DNA of 47,141 nucleotides from Acidobacteriota bacterium (GTDB taxonomy: Bacteria > Acidobacteriota > Polarisedimenticolia > J045): contig JALUUK010000317.1 of NCBI GenBank assembly GCA_027021395.1, positions 1-47,141 on the forward strand, written 5' to 3'. Positions 35,057-44,100 of the stretch are shown one piece after another. The translations under genes were made by a program, and so were the position numbers. Position 1 is the first letter of the stretch. Every line of letters begins with the position of its first letter. Under the pieces are notes generated by a model. It was not told the origin of the DNA and did not search any database. It saw nothing but the letters and a program-made list of their open reading frames with translations.

Positions 35057-37540
35057 GTGCGGTATGCTACGAGGATCGTGAGCCCCGCAAAGACGCTCTG
35101 CCTCGCCGTTTTCGTCGTCATGGTGACGGCGGGCTTGGCCTGTCGGAATTCGGAGCCACGGAACGCTGAACCGGCACCGCCGGAGCAAGCGCCGATCGAG
35201 GAAGAGGAACGAGACCCGGTCGATCTTTCGACCTGCCCGCGAGGGTATGAGCCGTGGCTCGAGTCTCTCGAGCGCGCGCAAAAGACGAAAGGTCTACCGT
35301 CACTCGAGCAGCAACTCACAGCGATCTCGGCGCGTTGCAGCGATCAATGGGAAGCTCATTGGGCCTTGGGAGATGCGATCTTCCGTCGATTCGATTTTGC
35401 GGCTGCTCGGCCGCATCTCGAACGAGCAGCCGAAATCGCGGAAGCCGAGTCGTCGGAGATGGGGCTTGCTTGGAGTCGCTACCGCCTCGGCTTCGTCGAC
35501 TTCACCGCCGGCAAGTGGAGCCGGTCGGAATCGATGACGCGTTTCGCCATCGAGGTTTTCAGGCGACGCGGAATGATGAAAGAGGAGACCTTCGCCTGGA
35601 ACAACTTGGCGGCGGTGCTTCAAGAAAGCGGTCGTTTCGGCCAGGCACTCGAAGCGATGGACAAAACGGAGGCGGGTCTCGAGCGACTGGGATTGGCGGG
35701 CCCCGCGCGTCGCTTTGCGCAAAACAAGGCCCTTCTTCAGATCTCCCTCGGCGATGCCCATGGTCCCGAAGAGACCTTGAGCGCTCTATACGAAGAAGCA
35801 AAGCAAGCGGGAGATGGAGTTCTGCGAGATTCTTCGGCCCTTGCTCTGGCATCGCTTCATCGCCTGATCGACGCCTTCGACACGGCCGATGCCTGGTATG
35901 CCCGTGTCGGATCCGACGACACGTTGCCGGAAGCGGCGACCTTGAGCGCGCTCGGTCGCGGTCGTGTGGCGCTGCTTCGCAATGATCCCGATGCCGCGTT
36001 GATGCACCTCGATCAGGCGGCGACCATTGCGGAGAAAAACGATCTCGAGGCGCTAGTCGAGGTCATCGACGCCTTCGCCGGAGCGGCTCTGTTGCGGGTC
36101 GGGCGTTCGGCAGAGGGAACGGCTCGACTCAGGCGTCTCATGGACTCCGATGCCGACGCCCGTCCGGAGTTGGCTTGGCTGACGCGTTGGCTGATGGGCC
36201 GGGAGTTCGAACGCAGAGGCGACGAACGCAGCTTACCGCTGCTGAAAGAGGCTCTCTCACGTCTGGAGACCGAGGGGCTCAAGCTCGATCGCAGCGCCGA
36301 GGGCATGCGATTCTTGCGCGAGCGCATCGAAGTCTACATCGATCTGGCCGCCGCATACGCCCGGCGCGAGGGATACGAAAACGAGATCGCCGACATCATG
36401 TTTCGCGCACACGCTCGCTCTCTCGCGAAGATCTCCGCACACGAGGCGAATTCAAAGGCAGGGGCTCCGGCGACGATTCAAGCGTCGATGCCCGAAGATG
36501 CCTTGATCATTTCCTACCTCTTCGGACGAGAGCAGGGCGTCGCGCTGGCCATCACGCGCGACGTCCGGCGCACCTTCGCCATCCCCGGCCGCGACACGCT
36601 CTCGAAACCGGTCAAGGCCTATCGCGCGGCGTTGATCCGACCGCTAAAGAGTTCCGAAGCGCGCGCGCACCCGCTCGAGGACTTTCTACGGTCGGTGGAA
36701 TGGGGGATGAAGGTGAGTGATGCGCTGCTCGCACCGGTAGCCGATCTGCTCGACCGCTCTTCGCAGATCTTCATCGTTCCTGATGGGGAACTCGCCCTTC
36801 TACCCTTCGCCGCGTTGATTCGGACTCCGGTGGAGGGTTCGAAGTGGCCGTCCTTTCTAGGAGCAACGCACGACGTGGCGGTGTTGCCGGTGCTCTCCAC
36901 GCCGGCAATAGAGAGTGCGGGGCGCTATCCCATGCTTCTCGTCGGAGATGCCATCGCCGATGAGGGCGGCGAGTTTCCTGCTCTCGATCGCTCGGCGGCC
37001 GAAGTTGCAGGGATCTTCGAGCAATGGGAAGGCGGCGGCGAAGTCGACAAAGTCGTATCGGAGGAAGTGACCGTATCGAAACTCGGCGATGGCCGGCTCG
37101 CTCGATATCGGACGATTCATTTTGCGACGCACGCGGTGGCCTCGACGCGTGATCCTCGCAAGTGCGCCGTGATCTGCTCGCGCGGCGAGCGCTTCGGTTT
37201 CGACCGAATCGCCGCTCTTCACCTCGATCGCGCTCTCGTCGTCTTGTCGTCTTGCCGCGGCGGCGAGGGCGAGATCATTCCCGGCGAAGGCATCGTCGGG
37301 CTCGGCTGGGCATTTCTTTCGGCGGGCGCATCGGCTACGGTCACCAGCCTTTGGCAAGTCGAAGATGATTCGGCGGCGCGATTGATGTTGGAATTTCATC
37401 GCCGGCTTCGGCTCGGAAGCAGTGCGACACGGGCCCTAGCAGCCGCCGGTCGCCTCCTGGCGCGTGAGAGAGCACACCCTGCTTATTGGGCGCCTTTCGT
37501 CATTGCGCTCAACACCGAGGCGAGGACGGAGGGGTCATGA
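35057..37540 (+). CDS. TPR-repeat CHAT-domain (caspase-like) protease with N-terminal signal/anchor
   Basis: C-terminal CHAT signature IHFATHAV (His) ... LVVLSSCRGGEG (Cys) ... GIVGLGWAFLSAGASATVTSLWQVEDD. TPR-like helical repeats in the middle. Hydrophobic N-terminus LCLAVFVVMVTAGLAC. Confidence 0.9.
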   Translation: MRYATRIVSPAKTLCLAVFVVMVTAGLACRNSEPRNAEPAPPEQAPIEEEERDPVDLSTCPRGYEPWLESLERAQKTKGLPSLEQQLTAISARCSDQWEAHWALGDAIFRRFDFAAARPHLERAAEIAEAESSEMGLAWSRYRLGFVDFTAGKWSRSESMTRFAIEVFRRRGMMKEETFAWNNLAAVLQESGRFGQALEAMDKTEAGLERLGLAGPARRFAQNKALLQISLGDAHGPEETLSALYEEAKQAGDGVLRDSSALALASLHRLIDAFDTADAWYARVGSDDTLPEAATLSALGRGRVALLRNDPDAALMHLDQAATIAEKNDLEALVEVIDAFAGAALLRVGRSAEGTARLRRLMDSDADARPELAWLTRWLMGREFERRGDERSLPLLKEALSRLETEGLKLDRSAEGMRFLRERIEVYIDLAAAYARREGYENEIADIMFRAHARSLAKISAHEANSKAGAPATIQASMPEDALIISYLFGREQGVALAITRDVRRTFAIPGRDTLSKPVKAYRAALIRPLKSSEARAHPLEDFLRSVEWGMKVSDALLAPVADLLDRSSQIFIVPDGELALLPFAALIRTPVEGSKWPSFLGATHDVAVLPVLSTPAIESAGRYPMLLVGDAIADEGGEFPALDRSAAEVAGIFEQWEGGGEVDKVVSEEVTVSKLGDGRLARYRTIHFATHAVASTRDPRKCAVICSRGERFGFDRIAALHLDRALVVLSSCRGGEGEIIPGEGIVGLGWAFLSAGASATVTSLWQVEDDSAARLMLEFHRRLRLGSSATRALAAAGRLLARERAHPAYWAPFVIALNTEARTEGS

Positions 37541-37755
37541 GGCGGCCCCATCTTCCGTCCGGATTCTCCGCCCGAATGCGGACTATTCGCTTTCGCCCGG
37601 TTTCCGCGTGAATTCGGCCGCGGGTTTTCCGTCCCGTAGGCTCCAAGCCGAGCAAGAGCGGACAAAGATGGCGGGAGATTGGTCCGGATATGACTTGGAG
37701 CAAGGAATCTGCCGTAGCTCGGGGGTAGAGTGACATCGAGGAGGTCTCTGCGCCC

Positions 37756-38226
37756 ATGAACGACGAGCGATGTGAGCACGGCATCACCCACGCACTCGAA
37801 GAACACCAAGAGATTCGTCAGAGCAACAAGGACTTGCTGGACTATCTCGACCGGCCTCGCCCCGAGGTTTCGGCCAGCGAATCCTGGGAATGGGCGGTCT
37901 CGCTCCAGGAAAAGCTTACGACGCTGCATGCGCGCGTAAGCCGACACTTTCGTGCGGAAGAAGGCGAAGTTTTGGGAAAGTTGCGCGACAAGCACCCGCA
38001 CGCTGCAGGAAGCCTAGACGCTCTGCTCGCCGAACATGGTGAAATGTTGAAGGAACTTCGTTCGTTGATCGATGCGGCCATGACCTACGCAGAGGCTCGG
38101 CAGCCAGCCGATCCATGCTTGCGGGCGCGCACGAGGCGCCTGTTGGTGGCCATGTCCGAGCACGAAGCCAAGGAAGTCAATTTGATTCAGGAGCTGATGT
38201 TTACCGACATCGGTACGGGTGAGTGA
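37756..38226 (+). CDS. hemerythrin-like (HHE cation-binding) domain protein
   Basis: Four helix-type His/Glu motifs: HALEEHQEI, HARVSRHFRAEEGEVL, LLAEHGEMLKEL, MSEHEAKEVNLI. Its stop overlaps the korA ATG (TGATG). Confidence 0.7.
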   Translation: MNDERCEHGITHALEEHQEIRQSNKDLLDYLDRPRPEVSASESWEWAVSLQEKLTTLHARVSRHFRAEEGEVLGKLRDKHPHAAGSLDALLAEHGEMLKELRSLIDAAMTYAEARQPADPCLRARTRRLLVAMSEHEAKEVNLIQELMFTDIGTGE

Positions 38227-40094
38227 TGGAACTCATAGTCAAGACCGTCAAGGAAAGCATCTTGGAGTTCGTCTCCGATTCAGGGGAAGGCGCGCAAACC
38301 GCGGGCCAGATGTTCGGCACCGTCAGCGCCAAGATGGGCAACGGCGTCTGGACGGTGGAGATCATTCCCGCCGAGATCGAACCCCCGCACCGTTCGCGAT
38401 CGGGTGCGAGCGGCAATCGCATTCGTATTGCCACCGGCCCCGTGACCAACATGGGAGAGACCGCCGACGTTGTCGTGGCTTTCAACGAGCAGGTCCTCTA
38501 CAGCCGCACGGATGTTCATGCATTGCGTCCGGGAACGATCATCCTTCTCGAGGACAAGTGGAAGGATGACGCCGATCCCGAGATTCGCGAGCAGTACAAA
38601 ACCGCGCTCGCAGAATTCGAAGAGCTAGGCTTCGTGGTCTTCGAGTTTCCGCTGGAAAAGGAGTGCAAGAAGATTCTTCCCGACCCGCGGCGCGGCAAGA
38701 ACATGTGGGCTCTCGGATTGGTCGCTCGCATCTACCAGCGTGATATGTCGATCATTCTCGAGGAGATTCGGCGCAAGTTCACTCGCAAGAGTCAGAAGCT
38801 CGTCGACGTCAACCAGCAACTCGTGCGAGCGGGCTATGACTGGGCTGCAGAGAATGTTCCCTATCGCTTCGAAGTGCCCGGAAGCAAACCCGACCAAGAC
38901 ATGGTGGTCATGAACGGAAATCAGGCGGCGGCGCTTGGAACGATGGCTGCGGGCATCGAGGTTTGCTCGATGTATCCGATCACGCCGGCGACGTCGGTTT
39001 CTCACCAACTTGCCGCTATATTCCATGAAGTCGGCGGATTCGTGCATCAAGCAGAGGATGAAATCTCCGCCATCGGCTACGCGCTCGGTGCATCCTATGC
39101 CGGCAAGACGGCGATGACGGTGACCTCCGGTCCGGGTTTGGCGCTCAAGACCGAATTCCTCGCGCTCGCGGTGCAGGCCGAACTTCCGCTCGTCTTGCTG
39201 CTCGTGCAGCGCGGTGGTCCCTCGACCGGTTTGCCGACGCGCGTCGAACAAGGCGATCTTCTTTCGTCGATATTCGCCGCGCCCGGAGATGCGCCGCGAA
39301 TCGTCTTGGCGGCATCCGATATCGAGGAGTGCTTTCACTTCATGATCACCGCACGCAAACTGGCGGAGACCTTCCGCACGCCGGTGATCGTGCTCACCGA
39401 TGCCAACTTGGCAACCGGACAACAGCCGTTCAAGCGACCGGTCATGTTGGAAGAGTGGATCTCGCCGCCCATCGATCAAAGCGATTGGGATCCGAACGTC
39501 GAACCTTACGACTGGGACGCGTCAACCGGAGTTTCCGAACGACCGATTCCGGGCCAGAAGGGGGGCGAGTACGTTCTGACCGGTCTTGCGCACAACGAGA
39601 AGAGCCAAGTGGCCTACGAATCCTGCGTCAACCAGCGCTCGATGGAAGCGAGGAGCCGCAAGCTGATCGCGCTGCAAAAATCGCTCAAGCCTCCCAAGAT
39701 CCACGGCGACGAGGAAGGCGATCTCTTGGTGGTTTCTTGGGGATCGACTCGCGGCGCGATCGAGGAAGCGGTCGATAGAATCCGCGCCGAAGGCGCGAAG
39801 GTTTCTTCCCTGACCTTGCGCTTTCTCTCACCGCTCGAGCCCGGGCTCGATGCCATCTTCAAGCGCTTCAAGAAAGTGATGACGGTGGAAGTGAACTACA
39901 GCGACGATCTCGACGATGGGTTCGTCACCGAAGAATCCAGGCGCTACGCCCAGCTCGCTTGGTTGCTGCGGGCGAAGACATTGATCGACATCGACTGCTG
40001 GTCGCGGGTTTACGGTATTCCGCTCGCTCCCGGATTGGTCGAAGAAGCCGTGCGTGCACGGTTGAGCGCGCTCAAGACGGCGAAGGCATCTTAG
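38226..40094 (+). CDS. korA: 2-oxoacid:ferredoxin oxidoreductase alpha subunit (gamma-alpha fusion, KorA-type)
   Basis: N-terminal gamma-like domain (GEGAQTAGQMFG), YPITPATSVSHQL, EDEISAIGYALGASYAGKTAMTVTSGPGLALK, QRGGPSTGLPT. GTG 38223 is an alternative start. Confidence 0.9.
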   Translation: MELIVKTVKESILEFVSDSGEGAQTAGQMFGTVSAKMGNGVWTVEIIPAEIEPPHRSRSGASGNRIRIATGPVTNMGETADVVVAFNEQVLYSRTDVHALRPGTIILLEDKWKDDADPEIREQYKTALAEFEELGFVVFEFPLEKECKKILPDPRRGKNMWALGLVARIYQRDMSIILEEIRRKFTRKSQKLVDVNQQLVRAGYDWAAENVPYRFEVPGSKPDQDMVVMNGNQAAALGTMAAGIEVCSMYPITPATSVSHQLAAIFHEVGGFVHQAEDEISAIGYALGASYAGKTAMTVTSGPGLALKTEFLALAVQAELPLVLLLVQRGGPSTGLPTRVEQGDLLSSIFAAPGDAPRIVLAASDIEECFHFMITARKLAETFRTPVIVLTDANLATGQQPFKRPVMLEEWISPPIDQSDWDPNVEPYDWDASTGVSERPIPGQKGGEYVLTGLAHNEKSQVAYESCVNQRSMEARSRKLIALQKSLKPPKIHGDEEGDLLVVSWGSTRGAIEEAVDRIRAEGAKVSSLTLRFLSPLEPGLDAIFKRFKKVMTVEVNYSDDLDDGFVTEESRRYAQLAWLLRAKTLIDIDCWSRVYGIPLAPGLVEEAVRARLSALKTAKAS

Positions 40095-40122
40095 TTCCCC
40101 CAACAATGAAAAACGGGAGTCG

Positions 40123-41082
40123 ATGACGATGTACGGAATCAAGAAAGACTGGGATCTCGAGCCGCTGCCGCGCTGCCTCGTGATGGAGGACTACCAGGCC
40201 GCGGAACCGCGCTGGTGCGCGGGTTGCGGCGACTTTGCGGTGCTTACTGCATTGCAACGCCTCGCACGGGACAAGCAGCTTGCGCCGGAAAAAACCGTCT
40301 TCGTTTCGGGCATCGGCTGCTCGAGTCGATTGCCGCACTACATGAAAACCTACGGATTCCACGGTCTACATGGAAGACCCTTGCCGGTCGCCTCGGGCAT
40401 CCGTGCCCGCCGACCGGATCTCGACATTTTCGTGATCACCGGAGACGGTGACTGCTGCGCCATCGGCACGGCTCATTGGATTCACGCCATCCGCTACAAC
40501 ATGAAGATGACGGTCTTGCTTTTGGACAACAACATCTACGGATTGACCAAGATGCAGACCTCTCCGACGACGCCCAAGGGCCACTACTCGAATACGCAGA
40601 CGACCGGCGCCTATCTTTCGCCGATCAATCCACTGACCGTCACCTTGGGGATCACGAATCGTTCTTTCGTGGCGCAGACCGTGGATTGGTATCCGGCGCA
40701 TGTGTACGACACGCTGAAAGCGGCGCACGAGCATCCGGGGTTGGCGTTTGTGAGAATCCTCCAGCGCTGCCCGCATTTCATGCCCGGCGAGTTCGATGCC
40801 ATCCAACAAGATGCGACCAAGATCCTAGCGCTCGAGCATCCCGATGGAATCCCGATCGATGATGGTCTCGCGCGCGTGCTCACGGAGCGCAAGGAGCACG
40901 ATCCGAGGAACTTGGGATCGGCACTCGAAGTGGCCGGTCGCGAGGACGTTCTGCCGATCGGCTTGTTCTATCGCGATCTCGAGGCCGAACGCTACGATGA
41001 CTTTGCCGCGGCCGGCCTAGGAATGAGCGCAAAAGAAAAAGTTGCCGGAGCGCAGAGAGCCATGGACCGATTTCTGATCTGA
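40123..41082 (+). CDS. korB: 2-oxoacid:ferredoxin oxidoreductase beta subunit (ThDP-binding, KorB-type)
   Basis: WCAGCGDFAVL, GIGCSSRLPHY, ThDP motif ITGDGDCCAIG ... LLLDNNIYGLTKMQTSPT. GGGAG lies 4 nt upstream of the ATG. Confidence 0.9.
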   Translation: MTMYGIKKDWDLEPLPRCLVMEDYQAAEPRWCAGCGDFAVLTALQRLARDKQLAPEKTVFVSGIGCSSRLPHYMKTYGFHGLHGRPLPVASGIRARRPDLDIFVITGDGDCCAIGTAHWIHAIRYNMKMTVLLLDNNIYGLTKMQTSPTTPKGHYSNTQTTGAYLSPINPLTVTLGITNRSFVAQTVDWYPAHVYDTLKAAHEHPGLAFVRILQRCPHFMPGEFDAIQQDATKILALEHPDGIPIDDGLARVLTERKEHDPRNLGSALEVAGREDVLPIGLFYRDLEAERYDDFAAAGLGMSAKEKVAGAQRAMDRFLI

Positions 41083-41141
41083 TGCTCTAGACGAGCGATT
41101 TCCCGTTCTCGACGGGTAGGACCGAAACGAGGGCACGATCG

Positions 41142-44100
41142 ATGGCAGAACCCGGATCCTGGTTTGCCGGCGAAGGCCGAGCGGCCGTCAACCTTTTCGA
41201 GCGAATGATATGCGGGCGGGGTGCCGTATTCGATCCCGCAACGGCCGAGGGCATGGCCATGGTCTCGCGCCGCAGCGCGGTCTTGCTACCGGAAGAGCAA
41301 GGCATCGCATTTTCCCGGCCGGTCTCCGGCTTGGCGGTGGTGTATCACGAGATCGCTCCGCCGGCAGAGTCACGCGTCGATGGAGCGACGGTCCGCCTCG
41401 TGGCGAGCACGATCCAAGAGGCGATCGACCACTGCCTCGTCGCACACTGGCTGGTGCGCAAACGGCGGATTCCGGTCGTCTGCGCGCTTCCTGCGCAAGT
41501 TGCCGATCGCATGCACTTCGTGGCACTGCCTTCACGAGAGATCATCGATGCTCTGCTCGAATCGGAAAACGTCGAGAGTGCATCCGGCGGGATGCCGGCG
41601 AGTTCACTCGAGGACGATCTTCAAGCCGCCTTCGATGCGGTCGGCAACGCCACCGGCCGATCCTTGGCGATGACCGCAGCGGACGATCTAGTCGAAGAGG
41701 AGGACGATCGGGCAGCAGGCAAGTGTCTTTCGATCGCGGCGTGGCCGCGCCGGCACTTTGCCTTGCCGCTGATGCTCGATGTATGCGCACGATTGAGAGA
41801 GCACCGCTCCTTGATGCTCGATCGCCACGCGGACCGTGACGGGGGGGTCGAAGCTCTGGTTCTTCGCGAGACGAAATGCCGTCTCGCGCAGGCCAAGGAT
41901 ATCGACGTGCTCCTGGTCTCCGAACCGGCGTATTGCGACTTCGAGTCGATCGGTGAGCAACTTCGTGATGGTGCGGTGGTCATTCTGATCACCATGGCTG
42001 CGGCGGATGGCGATGCGCTCGACGATGCCGGGGCCGCCGCGCTGGCATCCAAGAAAGCGAGAATCGTACGGATTGATCCTTCTGCTGCGCCATCGTTCGG
42101 TAGCGCCGACGAGTTCGCGGTGTTGCAGGGAGCCTTGCTCGCGGGAATCGCGGCAGCGGCGCCGTGGCTCGAAGAGGCTTGCAGCAGGGCGGGCGACGCC
42201 GATGCATCCGGTGCATGGGGCTACGCCGCGTTGAAAGCAGGCCTTCGAGGCGATGTGCTCGAGGCCGAGATCGAAGCCGATGAGCGCTCGCCGAGCGCAT
42301 GGGCCGAGCAAGGTGTGCTCTTTCATCGCACCGGTCGCGGCAAGCGCTGGCGTGGTGAGCCCTTGGCTTCCGCTCCGCTCTGGCCCAAAGCTCTCGCGCC
42401 GTTGAGTCGAGCGGATTCGCTGTGGAGCGGATTTCCTCTATGGATCCGGAGGGAGGACGGTGCCGAGGTTGAAGTCCTTCCTTGTGCCGACAAACTCGAT
42501 GAAGCATTCGATCACCTCGAGAAGAGCGGCAAGAACATCGCGCTGCTGCGCGAGCATCGACCGCGTCTTCTACGCGAAATCTACATGGTGACGGTCGGCC
42601 GAAGTGCCCTGCCGTTTGAAAAAGTTCTCGACGATGCTGCCGAAGGGTTTCTTTCGCGCTTCGAAATGAGCACGGCGGCTCGCAACGAACTCGAATCGCA
42701 GTTGCGCGAAGTACTCGACGTGATGCGTTCCCACGACGACGTCATCGGTCTGAGCCGACACTGTGTGGTCGATCTTCACGCGGTGGTCGTCGGGCACGAA
42801 CGCGACGAATGTCGCCGGAAGCTTAGAAAGAACGTCGCTCGCCTCGCTTCCCAACTTCGAGAAATGCTCGATTTGGACACGAGCCATTCGCCCAAGGGAC
42901 GGGCCGCGTCTTCGCTCTCGCCGACGCTCGGCGGAGTGACCGGAGTCTTTCTCGATGCCGAGGCGCTCTCGGCGGTCTTACCCGAGCATCGCGGATCGCA
43001 GCATCTCGGCAAAGAGCGTCGCGCGCGCATGTCTGATGCTCTCGAAGCGCTCGAGGCCTACCTCTCCCGTGATCCGACGGATGATGCCCCACGCGTAATC
43101 TATCGTGAGGGGGTCTTCAAAGCCGAGGAGATTCCACACACGGCCTACCGTTTCGAGCATGCGCAGCCGGCATCCGCGGCTCTCGGCGTATTCGAGGGCC
43201 TCGCAGCCGAAATGGAGGCGCTCTTTCGCGCGACGCGCGTGGCACGTCTGGAAATCGAAGGCGACTACGATTCGGTGCGACACGATGATGCCATCGCATC
43301 CTTGACCTGGTCCTCTTTCAGCGAGGAAGAGGTGCGGGCCATCCCGCAAGTCATCGTGCTCGAGACGGTCGCAGGTTTCGGCGGTCCGGCTCTGGCCTCT
43401 TTTTCGGATCTCTTGCGTTCGGGAAGACCGATTCAAGTGTTGGTCGTCGAGGAGCTTCTCGAAGATCTCGGAAGCGCGAGTGCGGAGTTGATGAGCCGCT
43501 ATCACGCAGGCTTGGCCTATCTTGCCGTGGCGCACCGCGAGGCCTTCGTCGCGAGGACCACGCCGGCTCACCCCAAACAGCTTTGCGAGAGCTTGCATCG
43601 CGCGGGCAAAACGCTTCGACCGGCCTTGGTCTTGACGTCGATCCCGAGCCGCGACGCCGTCATCGATTCGGCGCTCGAACTCGCTGCGGCTTTTCATGCG
43701 CGTGCGGCGTCGGTCTATACCTACGACCCCGACGCGGGAGAATCTTGGGCCGATTGCTTCGATCTATCGGACAATCCCGACCCTGATCGAGTCTGGCCGC
43801 GCATCGCGATAGGCCGAGACGTCGCCGAAGACACGGAAGCTACGGTGACGTTGGCCGACGTGATGGCCATGGACCTGCGCTATCGATCGCATTTTAGGGT
43901 CTTGCCGCCCGATGCCTGGAGCGACGAGCAGATCGAAATCGCGACTTTCATCGAATCCTGGGCGGAGTCCTCCGACCATCGCGTGCCTTTCATTTGGATC
44001 GAAGATTCCGAAGGCCGGAAGCAACGCGCAATCGTGACCCGCGAAGTGGCGCTCTTCTGTCGCGATAGGGCGCGCGCTTGGCGTGTGCTGCAGGAAGTCG

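Noticed and set aside
33488-35281. 597-aa minus-strand ORF, the longest ORF in this region
   Set aside because: It is antisense to the 33539..35020 gene, which has a signal peptide and YVTN-type repeats. The minus-strand product is extremely Arg-rich and motif-free, as expected for antisense frames of GC-rich genes.
35057-37540. TPR-CHAT as the Csx29/Craspase protease of a type III-E CRISPR system
   Set aside because: I saw no CRISPR array, gRAMP/Cas7-11 or other cas genes in the window. The protein also carries an N-terminal export or anchor signal.
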